Assembly: GCA_043811395.1 (NCBI GenBank)
Contig: JBDRNE010000115.1
Span: forward strand, 12,212 to 76,211
Origin: Candidatus Omnitrophota bacterium
Lineage (GTDB): Bacteria > Omnitrophota > Gorgyraeia > Tantalellales > Tantalellaceae
Direction: 5' to 3'
Length of the DNA: 64,000 bases
The notes under the pieces were generated by a model that ran no database searches, had not been told where the DNA came from, and saw nothing but the letters and a program-made list of their open reading frames with translations. This document shows, one piece after another, positions 18,501 to 27,441 of the stretch (within the stretch, counting starts at the first letter, position 1; each line of letters starts with the position of its first letter). The translations under genes were made by a program, and so were the position numbers.

Positions 18501-19313
18501 ATGAGAATAAAAAGATTAATAAAAATTTTTGTCCAAAAGACCCTTATTAGTGCTAAAACCTGGCTAGAAGACTGTTTTAAATATATCGGCGGTCTTTTTA
18601 TTCTTCTTGCGCAGACGGTTGTAGGGATATTTTCCGCGCGTCCCAGAAAACGCCAGGTTTTGGAACAAATGAATAAAATTGGTGTTGCAAGTTTTCCGAT
18701 AGTATTTCTGATAAGTTTTTTTACAGGTATAGTGTTAGCCTTACAAAGCGCTTATCAGCTGACGCAGATGTCGGCTGAAATGTATATAGCTTCGTTGGTT
18801 GCGCTTTCTATTACGCGGGAATTAGCTCCGGTACTAACTGCTTTAATTGTTGCTGGCCGATGTGGTGCGGCTATAACCGCGGAACTTGGGACAATGAAAG
18901 TTACAGAACAAATCGAGGCGTTAGAAACATTGTCGGCTAACCCTGTTGAGTATTTAGTTACGCCGAGGTTTATTGCTATGATTATCATGGTTCCGCTTTT
19001 AACCGTGTATGCTGATTTTTTTGGCATAGCGGGCGGGTATCTCATAGGTATAAGCAAATTGCATATAACGCATTCAATGTACATGAAAATGACCTGGGAT
19101 CCATTGTCAGTGAAAGACGTTATGACGGGATTGATTAAAAGTGTATCTTTTGCCGCGATTATATGTATCATTTCTTGCTATGAAGGAATAAATTCTCAAG
19201 GTGGCGCGGAGGGGGTGGGACGCTCTACAACATCAAGCGTTGTGAGGAGTTTCATTCTGATCATTATTGCAGATTGTTTTTTTACCGGACTTTTTTATTT
19301 TGTAGCGCATTAA
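18501..19313 (+). CDS. mlaE: MlaE-family ABC permease (phospholipid/lipid asymmetry transport)
   Basis: It is an MlaE/TTG2B-type 5-TM permease. The track start at 18471 is GTG; the first ATG is at 18501. Confidence 0.8.
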   Translation: MRIKRLIKIFVQKTLISAKTWLEDCFKYIGGLFILLAQTVVGIFSARPRKRQVLEQMNKIGVASFPIVFLISFFTGIVLALQSAYQLTQMSAEMYIASLVALSITRELAPVLTALIVAGRCGAAITAELGTMKVTEQIEALETLSANPVEYLVTPRFIAMIIMVPLLTVYADFFGIAGGYLIGISKLHITHSMYMKMTWDPLSVKDVMTGLIKSVSFAAIICIISCYEGINSQGGAEGVGRSTTSSVVRSFILIIIADCFFTGLFYFVAH

Positions 19314-19374
19314 AAATAGAGAATATTGAGGACGAAATAGCCGCGTTTTAGGCTAGGATTATAAAAGGTTGATT

Positions 19375-20136
19375 ATGATTAAGTTGAAAGATGTAAGCAA
19401 ATCATTTAATAAACAGCTTATTTTAAAAAATCTTAATCTTGAAGTAAAAAAAGGCGAGTCATTAGTGATTATAGGTAGGTCCGGTTGTGGAAAAAGCGTT
19501 TCATTAAAGCATATGATAGGTCTTGTAAGGCCGGATGCGGGATCTGTTCTGGTGGATGGAACGGATATTTCGACGCTTAAAAGTGAAGAGCTTGATCGTA
19601 TGCGGTTAAAGTTCGGTATGCTTTTTCAGGGTGCCGCTCTTTTTGATTCGTTAACTGTATTGGAAAACGTCGGGTTTCAGCTTTTTGAATATGCGGACAT
19701 GGCATTTGTGCAGATAAAACGTCGGGTATCAGAGTGCCTTGGAATGGTAGGCTTGCAGGGTATAGAAAATATGAAGCCTGCCGCGCTTTCCGGAGGCATG
19801 AAAAAGAGAGTTGGTTTGGCGCGGGCGATAATCATGAGCCCAGAAATTATTTTATTTGATGAACCGACGACTGGAGTCGATCCGGTAACCGGAGATGTTA
19901 TTAACAAGCTTATAAGGCATTTGCATAATACGCTTAAAACGACTTCAATAACCGTAACGCATGACATGAAAAGCGCGTATCAAATTGCGGATAGGATAGC
20001 CATGCTTTATGATAAGCAGATAATTGGGATCGGAACGCCTGATGAAATTAAAAATTCAAAAAATCCAATTGTTAAACAATTTATAAATGGCGACGCGGAA
20101 GGACCTATAACTCAGGGGAATGGTTCCAGATTTTAA
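19375..20136 (+). CDS. mlaF: MlaF-family ABC ATP-binding protein
   Basis: Walker A (GRSGCGKS), signature (LSGGMKKRV) and Walker B (ILFDEPT) are present. The track start at 19369 is TTG; the ATG at 19375 follows AAAAGG. Confidence 0.85.
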   Translation: MIKLKDVSKSFNKQLILKNLNLEVKKGESLVIIGRSGCGKSVSLKHMIGLVRPDAGSVLVDGTDISTLKSEELDRMRLKFGMLFQGAALFDSLTVLENVGFQLFEYADMAFVQIKRRVSECLGMVGLQGIENMKPAALSGGMKKRVGLARAIIMSPEIILFDEPTTGVDPVTGDVINKLIRHLHNTLKTTSITVTHDMKSAYQIADRIAMLYDKQIIGIGTPDEIKNSKNPIVKQFINGDAEGPITQGNGSRF

Positions 20137-20149
20137 AAGGGGGAAATGT

Positions 20150-20842
20150 ATGTATAGAAATGAAAAACTGGAATTAAAAGTGGGACTCTTTATGGGGGTC
20201 GGTGTATTTTTAATGTTTTTAATAGTTTTTTCCATCAGCGATATGTATGTTCTCAAAAAAGGGTATAACCTTTTTTCAGTGTTTGACATGGTTAACGGAA
20301 TTACCGCAAATGCTCCGGTTAGGTTAGCTGGGGTCCATGTGGGAGACATAAAAAAAGCGGAAATTTATTTTGATGAAACACTGGGAAAACCTCGGGTTAA
20401 ACTGGATATAAGAATTAATGGTGATGTAAAGATTTCAAGCGATGCAGTCGCAAGAATAAACACGTTAGGCCTTTTAGGAGAACAGTATTTGGAAATAACT
20501 CCGGGCAAGTCCAAACAGTTTTTAGAATACGGAGATAAATTGTTATCCAAGAATCCGATAAATGTTGGTTCTGAAATGGAAAAAATGAAAGAATTGATGC
20601 AAAGCACTTCTCAGCTTATACAGCATATTGAGCGCGGAGAGGGCACGCTTGGCAAACTTCTGACGGATGACACTTTGTATAATGATCTCACCGTTATTTT
20701 TGGAAGGCTAAAAAGAGGGGAAGGAACACTCGGCAAACTTCTTGTAGAAGAAGAAGTATATGATGATATGGAGGAATTTACGGAGGACATAAAAAAACAT
20801 CCGTGGAAACTTTTACACAAAAGTTCGAGCAATGAAAAATAA
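20150..20842 (+). CDS. mlaD: MlaD-family MCE-domain substrate-binding protein
   Basis: It has an N-terminal TM anchor and an MCE domain (PVRLAGVHVGDI). The C-terminus carries the internal repeat GEGTLGKLL twice. The ATG at 20150 follows AAGGGGG. Confidence 0.8.
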   Translation: MYRNEKLELKVGLFMGVGVFLMFLIVFSISDMYVLKKGYNLFSVFDMVNGITANAPVRLAGVHVGDIKKAEIYFDETLGKPRVKLDIRINGDVKISSDAVARINTLGLLGEQYLEITPGKSKQFLEYGDKLLSKNPINVGSEMEKMKELMQSTSQLIQHIERGEGTLGKLLTDDTLYNDLTVIFGRLKRGEGTLGKLLVEEEVYDDMEEFTEDIKKHPWKLLHKSSSNEK

Positions 20843-20909
20843 AACAATATTTTTTATTTATTCGAAAACAGGTTCTTATTAAGTTCTGAAAAAGAAAGGA
20901 ATTGGTAAA

Positions 20910-21947
20910 ATGACAGTAAAATTTATTAGAGTCTTTTTTGTGGTCTTGAGCGCGGTATGTGGATATTATTTATTGCCGCTATTGCCGGTTGTTCCGGCAT
21001 GTTCGCCTCTTATCGGCGCGGGGATAGGGATGGCGAGTTCGCTTATTCTTATAATTATGGAAGCAAAACTAAAAGGTGTTTCTTTGAGGGACCTTTCAGC
21101 TAGTCTAGTTGGGCTTGGTTTCGGCTTTTTTATGGCGTGGATGATTACATTAATATTGCGGTTTATTCCCATGGATGAAATTTTTTATTCAGTGCTCAGA
21201 ACAGTTTTTACTTTAACTTTTTGTTATTTAGGTATGGTAATATCAATAAAAGGAAAAGACGAATTTAATCTTGTAATTCCTTATGTAAGATTTTCTCGGG
21301 AAGATAGAAGAAGCCAGATATATCTTTTAGATACCAGTGTTGTTATTGACGGTAGAATCGCCGGTATATGCGAAACAGGTTTTTTAGAGGGGAAACTCAT
21401 GGTGCCGCGTTTTGTGCTAAAAGAACTTCAGCAGATAGCAGATAGCGCTGATGATGCGAAACGCAATAGAGGCAGACGCGGGTTGGATATGTTGGAACGG
21501 CTTAAAACGGTAAAAGGCGCGGAAATTATAATACACGAAGAACCTTTACCCGAGATTAAGGAAGTGGATGCTAAGCTTGTTCGTCTGGCAAAAATACTGG
21601 ATTGCCCAATTATTACGAACGATTTTAATTTAAATAAAGTTGCTAGACTGGAAGGCGTAGCGATTCTTAATATTAACGATCTTGCTAATTCTATGCGACC
21701 TGTGGTTTTTCCGGGAGAACAACTTAACGTTTATATTCGAAAAGAAGGAAAAGAAAGAAACCAGGGAGTTGCTTTTATGGATGACGGTACAATGATAGTC
21801 ATCGATAACGCGAAAAAATATATTGGTAAAAACGTTAATATTGCCATAACAAGCGTTTTGCAAACGTCAGCCGGGAAAATGATATTTGCGAATTTGATAG
21901 AAAAAAACAATTCACAAAAAAGTAGAGCTCCTCATAGAAACGCGTAA
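20910..21947 (+). CDS. Membrane-anchored PIN and TRAM domain protein (YacL-like)
   Basis: The N-terminus has TM helices. The PIN domain contains YLLDTSVVIDGR and the C-terminus is TRAM-like. As in Bacillus, the gene is adjacent to isp genes. Confidence 0.75.
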   Translation: MTVKFIRVFFVVLSAVCGYYLLPLLPVVPACSPLIGAGIGMASSLILIIMEAKLKGVSLRDLSASLVGLGFGFFMAWMITLILRFIPMDEIFYSVLRTVFTLTFCYLGMVISIKGKDEFNLVIPYVRFSREDRRSQIYLLDTSVVIDGRIAGICETGFLEGKLMVPRFVLKELQQIADSADDAKRNRGRRGLDMLERLKTVKGAEIIIHEEPLPEIKEVDAKLVRLAKILDCPIITNDFNLNKVARLEGVAILNINDLANSMRPVVFPGEQLNVYIRKEGKERNQGVAFMDDGTMIVIDNAKKYIGKNVNIAITSVLQTSAGKMIFANLIEKNNSQKSRAPHRNA

Positions 21948-21971
21948 AGGCCAAAGGCAGTGATTCCGACA

Positions 21972-22454
21972 ATGAAGGAAATGAGAATAGGTGTTGGATA
22001 TGACATACATAAATTAGATAGTGGCTGTAAGATGGTTTTGGGCGGGATTAACCTTGCTAGCTCAAAAGGTTCTCTTGGACATTCAGACGGTGATGTTTTA
22101 ATCCACGCTATTTGCGATGCTATACTTGGCGCTTTAGGCGAGTGTGACATAGGGATTATGTTTCCTGACACGAACAGTAAATATAAAAATGCTGATAGTG
22201 TAGAGTTTCTATATGAAGTTAAAAATGTAATGCGGCGGAACGGGTGCCGGATAATAAATTTGGATTCGGTTGTTATTTGTGAAGAACCTAAAATAGCGCC
22301 ATATCGTGAAAAAATAATTAATAAGTTAAGTGATGTTTTAGAAGTGTCTTCTGACAGAATAAATGTTAAGGGGAAAACGTCTGAGAAATTAGGTGATATT
22401 GGCGCAGGCAATGCTATTGAATCTCAGGTGGTAGTTCTTTTAGAAAAAGGATAG
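21972..22454 (+). CDS. ispF: 2-C-methyl-D-erythritol 2,4-cyclodiphosphate synthase
   Basis: The MRIGVGYDIHKL and HSDGDVLIHAICDAILGA motifs are present. The track start at 21960 is GTG; ATGs lie at 21972 and 21981. Confidence 0.9.
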   Translation: MKEMRIGVGYDIHKLDSGCKMVLGGINLASSKGSLGHSDGDVLIHAICDAILGALGECDIGIMFPDTNSKYKNADSVEFLYEVKNVMRRNGCRIINLDSVVICEEPKIAPYREKIINKLSDVLEVSSDRINVKGKTSEKLGDIGAGNAIESQVVVLLEKG

Positions 22455-22536
22455 GGGTAGTCGAAGAATTTGGGATATAACTATAAAAGTGTTCGTAATT
22501 TTTGACATTATGTATATTTTACGATGGAGATGAAAT

Positions 22537-23253
22537 ATGAATTGGATATATGGAATTATTGGGGTAGGGGTTGGTTATTATATTGTCGTGCGTGCGGTTT
22601 TTTCTGAAGCAATAGAAACCGCTTTGCAAAGAGACCCTGCCGCGTTAAATTCTTTGACAATAATTTTTACTTATTCAGGGTTTCATGCTCTTGTTTTATA
22701 TAGAATAGCGCATTTTTTGAAAAAGGAATGGAATATTCCTTTTTTTCCGCGGTTTATTTCACAATTCGCGAAATTTGTAACAGGCATTGAAATACATCCG
22801 GGGGCAAGTATTGGTAAAGGGTTTTTTATTGATCATGGCATGGGGGTTGTTATAGGGGAAACAACCATAATAGGTGATAACGTAACATTATTTCAGGGAG
22901 TTACTTTGGGTGGAACCGGGAAAGAAAGAGGCAAACGCCATCCGACTCTGAAAAACGATATTGTAGTAGGCGCTGGAGCGAAAGTGCTGGGAAATATTAC
23001 CATAGGAAACAATGTGTCAATCGGAGCGAACGCTGTAGTTCTTCGGGATGTTCCGAGTAATTCAACTGTGGTTGGCGTACCCGGACGTGTAGCTAAGAAA
23101 AGTGGACGGCGTATTCCCGGCGGGATTAATCTTGATTATACATCATTGCCCGATCCCATGCAAAAACAGCTTGAAAAACTACAACATGAGATAGACCATA
23201 TTGAACATGAAATAGAAGATTATCACAGTAGGAAAGACAAAGAAGACGAATAA
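22537..23253 (+). CDS. cysE: Serine O-acetyltransferase (short form, hexapeptide-repeat)
   Basis: The sequence GIEIHPGASIGKGFFIDHGMGVVIGETTIIGDNVTLFQGVTLGG is present. The RBS is GGAGA. Confidence 0.85.
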   Translation: MNWIYGIIGVGVGYYIVVRAVFSEAIETALQRDPAALNSLTIIFTYSGFHALVLYRIAHFLKKEWNIPFFPRFISQFAKFVTGIEIHPGASIGKGFFIDHGMGVVIGETTIIGDNVTLFQGVTLGGTGKERGKRHPTLKNDIVVGAGAKVLGNITIGNNVSIGANAVVLRDVPSNSTVVGVPGRVAKKSGRRIPGGINLDYTSLPDPMQKQLEKLQHEIDHIEHEIEDYHSRKDKEDE

Positions 23254-23307
23254 ATGGGTGGCGGATGACAACTCTCATTTAATCATTTCGCCGAAGGTAA
23301 AATTGTT

Positions 23308-23329
23308 ATCCCGGACGAAGAGCCGGGAT
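23308..23329 (+). terminator. Candidate intrinsic terminator after cysE
   Basis: The ATCCCGG/CCGGGAT stem is followed by an AT-rich tract. Confidence 0.35.
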
Positions 23330-23517
23330 CTATTTAAAATGTGAAATTTTATTATTAAATCATCGTCGAGAGGTTTTATTGAAAATTCGATTGTAAAAAA
23401 ACCGTGTCCGGCTTAAACAGGTTCTCGTCCGCCAGAAACAGTCTGCGGAACTCGCCTGACACAAAAACCAAACGCCTTTTGCATGAATGTAGATACAATG
23501 AAAATAGCTGAAGAATA

Positions 23518-24972
23518 ATGATTACAATATACAATACACTTACGCGTCGGAAAGAAGAATTTAAGCCTTTAGAAGAGGGTAAAGTGCGGATGTACGTGTG
23601 CGGGCCTACGGTTTATGATGTGCCGCATATTGGACACGCGCGTAGCAGTTATATTTTTGACTGGATACGAAGATATTTAGAGTATTCGGGTTTTCGTGTG
23701 TGTTATGTCCGGAATGTTACGGATATAGATGACAAAATTATAAAAAAAGCCGCAGGGGAACTAAAAAAACGAAAAATAACCGGAACAGATGTTTTGTGCC
23801 GGAAAGTTAAAGAAGTCGCGGATTATTATTTAGAAATATATCATAGTCAAATGTCAGAAATGGGTATTAACGGTCCGGATTTAGAACCCAAAGCAACAGA
23901 AAACATTTCGCAAATGATAGAGTTTATAAGTGTTTTGATAGAAAAGGGATGTGCTTATGAGGTGGAAGGGAATGTATATTTTAGTGTTGAAAATTTTGCG
24001 GGATACGGGAAACTGTCTAATCGAGATAAAGAACAGATGATGAGCGCTGTTCGTATTGATCTGGATAAGAGAAAAAAATACCCGCTTGACTTTGCGTTAT
24101 GGAAGTCTGTCAAGAAAGACGAGCCTTTTTGGGAAAGCCCCTGGGGAAAAGGACGTCCTGGATGGCATATTGAGTGTTCAGTAATGAGTACCAGTATATT
24201 TGGAGCACATTTTGATATACATGGAGGTGGATTGGATTTAATTTTTCCGCATCATGAAAATGAAATTGCGCAGGCAGAAGCGGCAACAGGCAAAGATTTT
24301 GCCAATTATTGGATTCATAACGGGCTTTTGACTGTAGAAAACGAAAAAATGGCAAAGTCTTTGGGGAATTATATTACCATTACGGATTTTTTGAAAAAAT
24401 ATAAAGATCCAGATTTTTTAAAAATAGCTTTTTTAAATAGTCATTACAGAAGCCCTATGGATTATAGTGATGAGCGAATGGAAGAGTCACGCCGGGTTAA
24501 GGAACGGATTGTGGTATTTTTTGATAAGGTTAATAAACTGCAAAGTAGGTGTTCTGGTGAGTTTAACGGAGAGTTGAAAGTAAAAGAAGCTATAGCTGTA
24601 ATGAAGAAAAAGTTTAAAGAAGTTATGGATGATGATTTTAATACCGCAGTGGCAATGTCAGTTATGTTTGAAACCGTAAAAATTGGAAATGAGCTATTGG
24701 CTGACAAAAATACGCCGGACGGTGAAAAAAAAGCGAATTTAAAAACTGTTCAAGATACAATTTTAGAGTTTGCCGGTATTTTTGGATTAAAATTTGACGG
24801 GTCTGAAATTGACAAGAAGAAACAAAAGGAAATAGAAGAATTGGTTTCGCAGAGAATCGAAGCAAGAAAGAATAAGGATTATGCTACAGCGGATAGGATA
24901 CGGGATAAACTGACAGCTAAGGGAGTAGTACTTGAAGATACTCCAGAAGGGCCTGTTTGGAGAGTGAAATGA
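23518..24972 (+). CDS. cysS: Cysteinyl-tRNA synthetase
   Basis: It has HIGH (HIGHARS), KMSKS (KMAKSLGN) and a C-terminal DALR/anticodon domain. Confidence 0.95.
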   Translation: MITIYNTLTRRKEEFKPLEEGKVRMYVCGPTVYDVPHIGHARSSYIFDWIRRYLEYSGFRVCYVRNVTDIDDKIIKKAAGELKKRKITGTDVLCRKVKEVADYYLEIYHSQMSEMGINGPDLEPKATENISQMIEFISVLIEKGCAYEVEGNVYFSVENFAGYGKLSNRDKEQMMSAVRIDLDKRKKYPLDFALWKSVKKDEPFWESPWGKGRPGWHIECSVMSTSIFGAHFDIHGGGLDLIFPHHENEIAQAEAATGKDFANYWIHNGLLTVENEKMAKSLGNYITITDFLKKYKDPDFLKIAFLNSHYRSPMDYSDERMEESRRVKERIVVFFDKVNKLQSRCSGEFNGELKVKEAIAVMKKKFKEVMDDDFNTAVAMSVMFETVKIGNELLADKNTPDGEKKANLKTVQDTILEFAGIFGLKFDGSEIDKKKQKEIEELVSQRIEARKNKDYATADRIRDKLTAKGVVLEDTPEGPVWRVK

Positions 24973-25610
24973 AAAAAGGTTTTTTTATTACTTTTGATGG
25001 GCCTGAAGGGAGCGGGAAAAGTACCCATTCAGTTAGATTGAAAGACGATCTTACTTTAGACGGATATGATGTTATTTATACAAGAGAACCCGGTGGGACT
25101 TTACTCGGCCAAAAGATACGGGACGTTTTGTTGAAAAATGAGGATATTAAACCTGGAAAACAGGCGGAGCTATTACTTTTTGAGGCAGATAGGGCTCAAC
25201 ATGTGGAAGAAATAATCAAACCAGCTTTGGACAAAGGAAAAACCGTTATTTGTGACCGTTTTAACACAGCTACTTTTGCTTATCAGGGATACGGTGCTGG
25301 TATGGATATAAATATGATAAGAAGCATAGATGATTTCGTAACAAACGGAATTTTTCCTGATATTACGCTGATTTTAGATATTGAGGTTAATATGGGGCTT
25401 TCGCGTGCCGGAAAGAGATGCTCTGCCGATAAAATGGAAAAAAGGCCGTATGAATTTCATGAAAGAGTAAGACAGGGGTACCTTGATATCGCGAAAAAGT
25501 TTCCTAAAAAGGTAAAGGTTATACAAGTAAAAAACGATATAGACGAGACATATAAATTTATAAAAAATGAGGTGTATGATTTTATTGGGCGGAATAAAAG
25601 GTCAGGATAA
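24969..25610 (+). CDS. tmk: Thymidylate kinase
   Basis: The P-loop is FDGPEGSGKST. The ATG at 24969 follows GGAGA and overlaps the cysS stop codon (ATGA). The track start at 24957 is TTG. Confidence 0.9.
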   Translation: MKKGFFITFDGPEGSGKSTHSVRLKDDLTLDGYDVIYTREPGGTLLGQKIRDVLLKNEDIKPGKQAELLLFEADRAQHVEEIIKPALDKGKTVICDRFNTATFAYQGYGAGMDINMIRSIDDFVTNGIFPDITLILDIEVNMGLSRAGKRCSADKMEKRPYEFHERVRQGYLDIAKKFPKKVKVIQVKNDIDETYKFIKNEVYDFIGRNKRSG

Positions 25611-26568
25611 TGCCGTTAAATATCTTTCGAATTGCGTTAAGTCTGGAAGGATAGCAGGAAGTTTTCTGTTTTCGGGGCCCGAAGGCATAGGTCGGGCGCT
25701 TACCGCAAAAAGTTTTATTAAAGCATTAATGTGCCGAAAAAAAACAGAAGAAAACTCTACTTGCGAGGGATGTTTTACTTGCGCGAAGATTGATAAAGGT
25801 ACTCATCCTGATATTGTATGGATAAAACCTGAAAAAAATAAAAATATCAAAATAGAAGAGATAAGGAAAGTTAAAGAAGTATTGAGTTTGAAACCTTATA
25901 CAGCGGGGCTTAGCGTATGTATTGTTGAAGATGCGCATATGATGACCCAGTCAGCCGCGAATGCTTTATTAAAAATTTTAGAGGAACCGCCCAAAACAGC
26001 TGTACTAATTCTTATCACCAGCCGAAAAGAACTTTTGCTTCAGACTGTTGTGTCGAGGTGTTCGGAAGTAAGGTTTTCGTGTTTATCGGTTGAACTTGCG
26101 AAGGGCATTATTCTGGAGAAGTCTAATCTTACGGAAAGTGAGGCGTATTTTCTTGCCTGTTTAGCTCAAGGGTCTCCCGGAAAAGCTCTTGAAATGATGA
26201 ACGAAGATATTGGCGAAAGAAAAAGCGAATGTTTGGCAATGCTTGAACAAATTATTGATGAAGATAGTTCTGTGTGTTTAGACTGGCCGAAGGAAGGCAA
26301 GGATTATCTTATGGAAGACATTGAAATGATGATAATGTTTTTTCGCGATGTGGTTATGGGGAAAGAAGGATTAAAAAGCTCTGTATTTGACCGGAACGTT
26401 TTGGAGTCAAAAATATACCAGTTTTTTAAGAAATGCGGTATAAATGAAATATACCGGACAATTGAAAAGTTGATAGATATTAAACGCGCGTTGGCGGGGA
26501 ATGTAAACCCTAAATTGGTTGCGCAAATTTTGCCGGAAAGTATTAAAACCGCGAGTTGTGTGGGGTAA
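25567..26568 (+). CDS. holB: DNA polymerase III delta-prime subunit
   Basis: The AAA+ clamp-loader pattern FSGPEGIGR is present with a Zn-module (CEGCFTC). An alternative ATG lies at 25576. Confidence 0.85.
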   Translation: MRCMILLGGIKGQDNAVKYLSNCVKSGRIAGSFLFSGPEGIGRALTAKSFIKALMCRKKTEENSTCEGCFTCAKIDKGTHPDIVWIKPEKNKNIKIEEIRKVKEVLSLKPYTAGLSVCIVEDAHMMTQSAANALLKILEEPPKTAVLILITSRKELLLQTVVSRCSEVRFSCLSVELAKGIILEKSNLTESEAYFLACLAQGSPGKALEMMNEDIGERKSECLAMLEQIIDEDSSVCLDWPKEGKDYLMEDIEMMIMFFRDVVMGKEGLKSSVFDRNVLESKIYQFFKKCGINEIYRTIEKLIDIKRALAGNVNPKLVAQILPESIKTASCVG

Positions 26569-26629
26569 CGCTCAAAGCGGAGCAAAAATTACTTCAATGT
26601 ATATACTAAGGCTGAGGAGATTATAAAAA

Positions 26630-27439
26630 ATGAATGAAATTATACAGGTACAGCTTAGAACTGCCGGAGAAATAAAAAATTTTATTACAGGAGGATTAAA
26701 ATTCGAGGTTGGTGACAGGGTTATTGTTGAAGCTGACAGAGGGCTTGAATACGGGACGGTAGCCTCCCCCAGCGAAAAGGTTACGGAAGCCGTTAAAACT
26801 CCTGAAAAACCTTTACGAAAAGTAATCCGAAAAAGTAATCCCTGGGATGAAAAACAGATAGCAAAAAATAAGGCAAAGACAAAAGACCTTATGAATGTTT
26901 GTGAAAAGAAAATACAAGAACATAAGCTTCCCATGAAACTTGTTGATGCGGAATATTCTTTTGACCGGTCAAAAATAATTTTTTATTTCACATCAGAAAG
27001 CAGAGTGGATTTCAGGAATCTCGTAAAAAATTTAGCAAGTATTTTCAGAGTACGAATTGAGTTAAGGCAGATTGGGGTGAGAGACGAGGCTCGGCTTCTT
27101 GGCGGTCATGGATCGTGCGGCAGGGAGCTTTGCTGTATGTCTTTTCTTAAAAATTTCGAACCTGTTACAATTAAAATGGCTAAAGTCCAAAATCTTCCGT
27201 TTAATCCTTCTAAAATTTCAGGGCTGTGCGGTCGTCTTATGTGTTGTTTAGGATATGAATATGCTACTTACAAGGAAGCTTCGAAAGCATTGCCCAAGGT
27301 GGGTAAGGAGATTGCGACAGATCAGGGAAAATGTAAGGTGATAGCAGTTAATCCTTTGAAAGGAATAATTACAGTTGATTTTGGAGAAGGAAAAATAAAA
27401 GATATAAAAACAGAGGAAATAAAGGAGTTAAAGAAATAA
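26630..27439 (+). CDS. PSP1 C-terminal domain protein (YaaT/RicT-like)
   Basis: The Cys-rich PSP1 core is present (GSCGRELCCMSFL...CGRLMCCL). It has the conserved position between holB and metG. Confidence 0.8.
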   Translation: MNEIIQVQLRTAGEIKNFITGGLKFEVGDRVIVEADRGLEYGTVASPSEKVTEAVKTPEKPLRKVIRKSNPWDEKQIAKNKAKTKDLMNVCEKKIQEHKLPMKLVDAEYSFDRSKIIFYFTSESRVDFRNLVKNLASIFRVRIELRQIGVRDEARLLGGHGSCGRELCCMSFLKNFEPVTIKMAKVQNLPFNPSKISGLCGRLMCCLGYEYATYKEASKALPKVGKEIATDQGKCKVIAVNPLKGIITVDFGEGKIKDIKTEEIKELKK

Positions 27440-27441
27440 GT

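Noticed and set aside
23254-23300. A GGGTGGCGG sequence just after cysE that resembles part of the T-box motif.
   Set aside because: It lies 10 nt after the cysE stop, with no room for Stem I or a specifier loop upstream. It does not match the full AATTAGGGTGGNACCGCG consensus.
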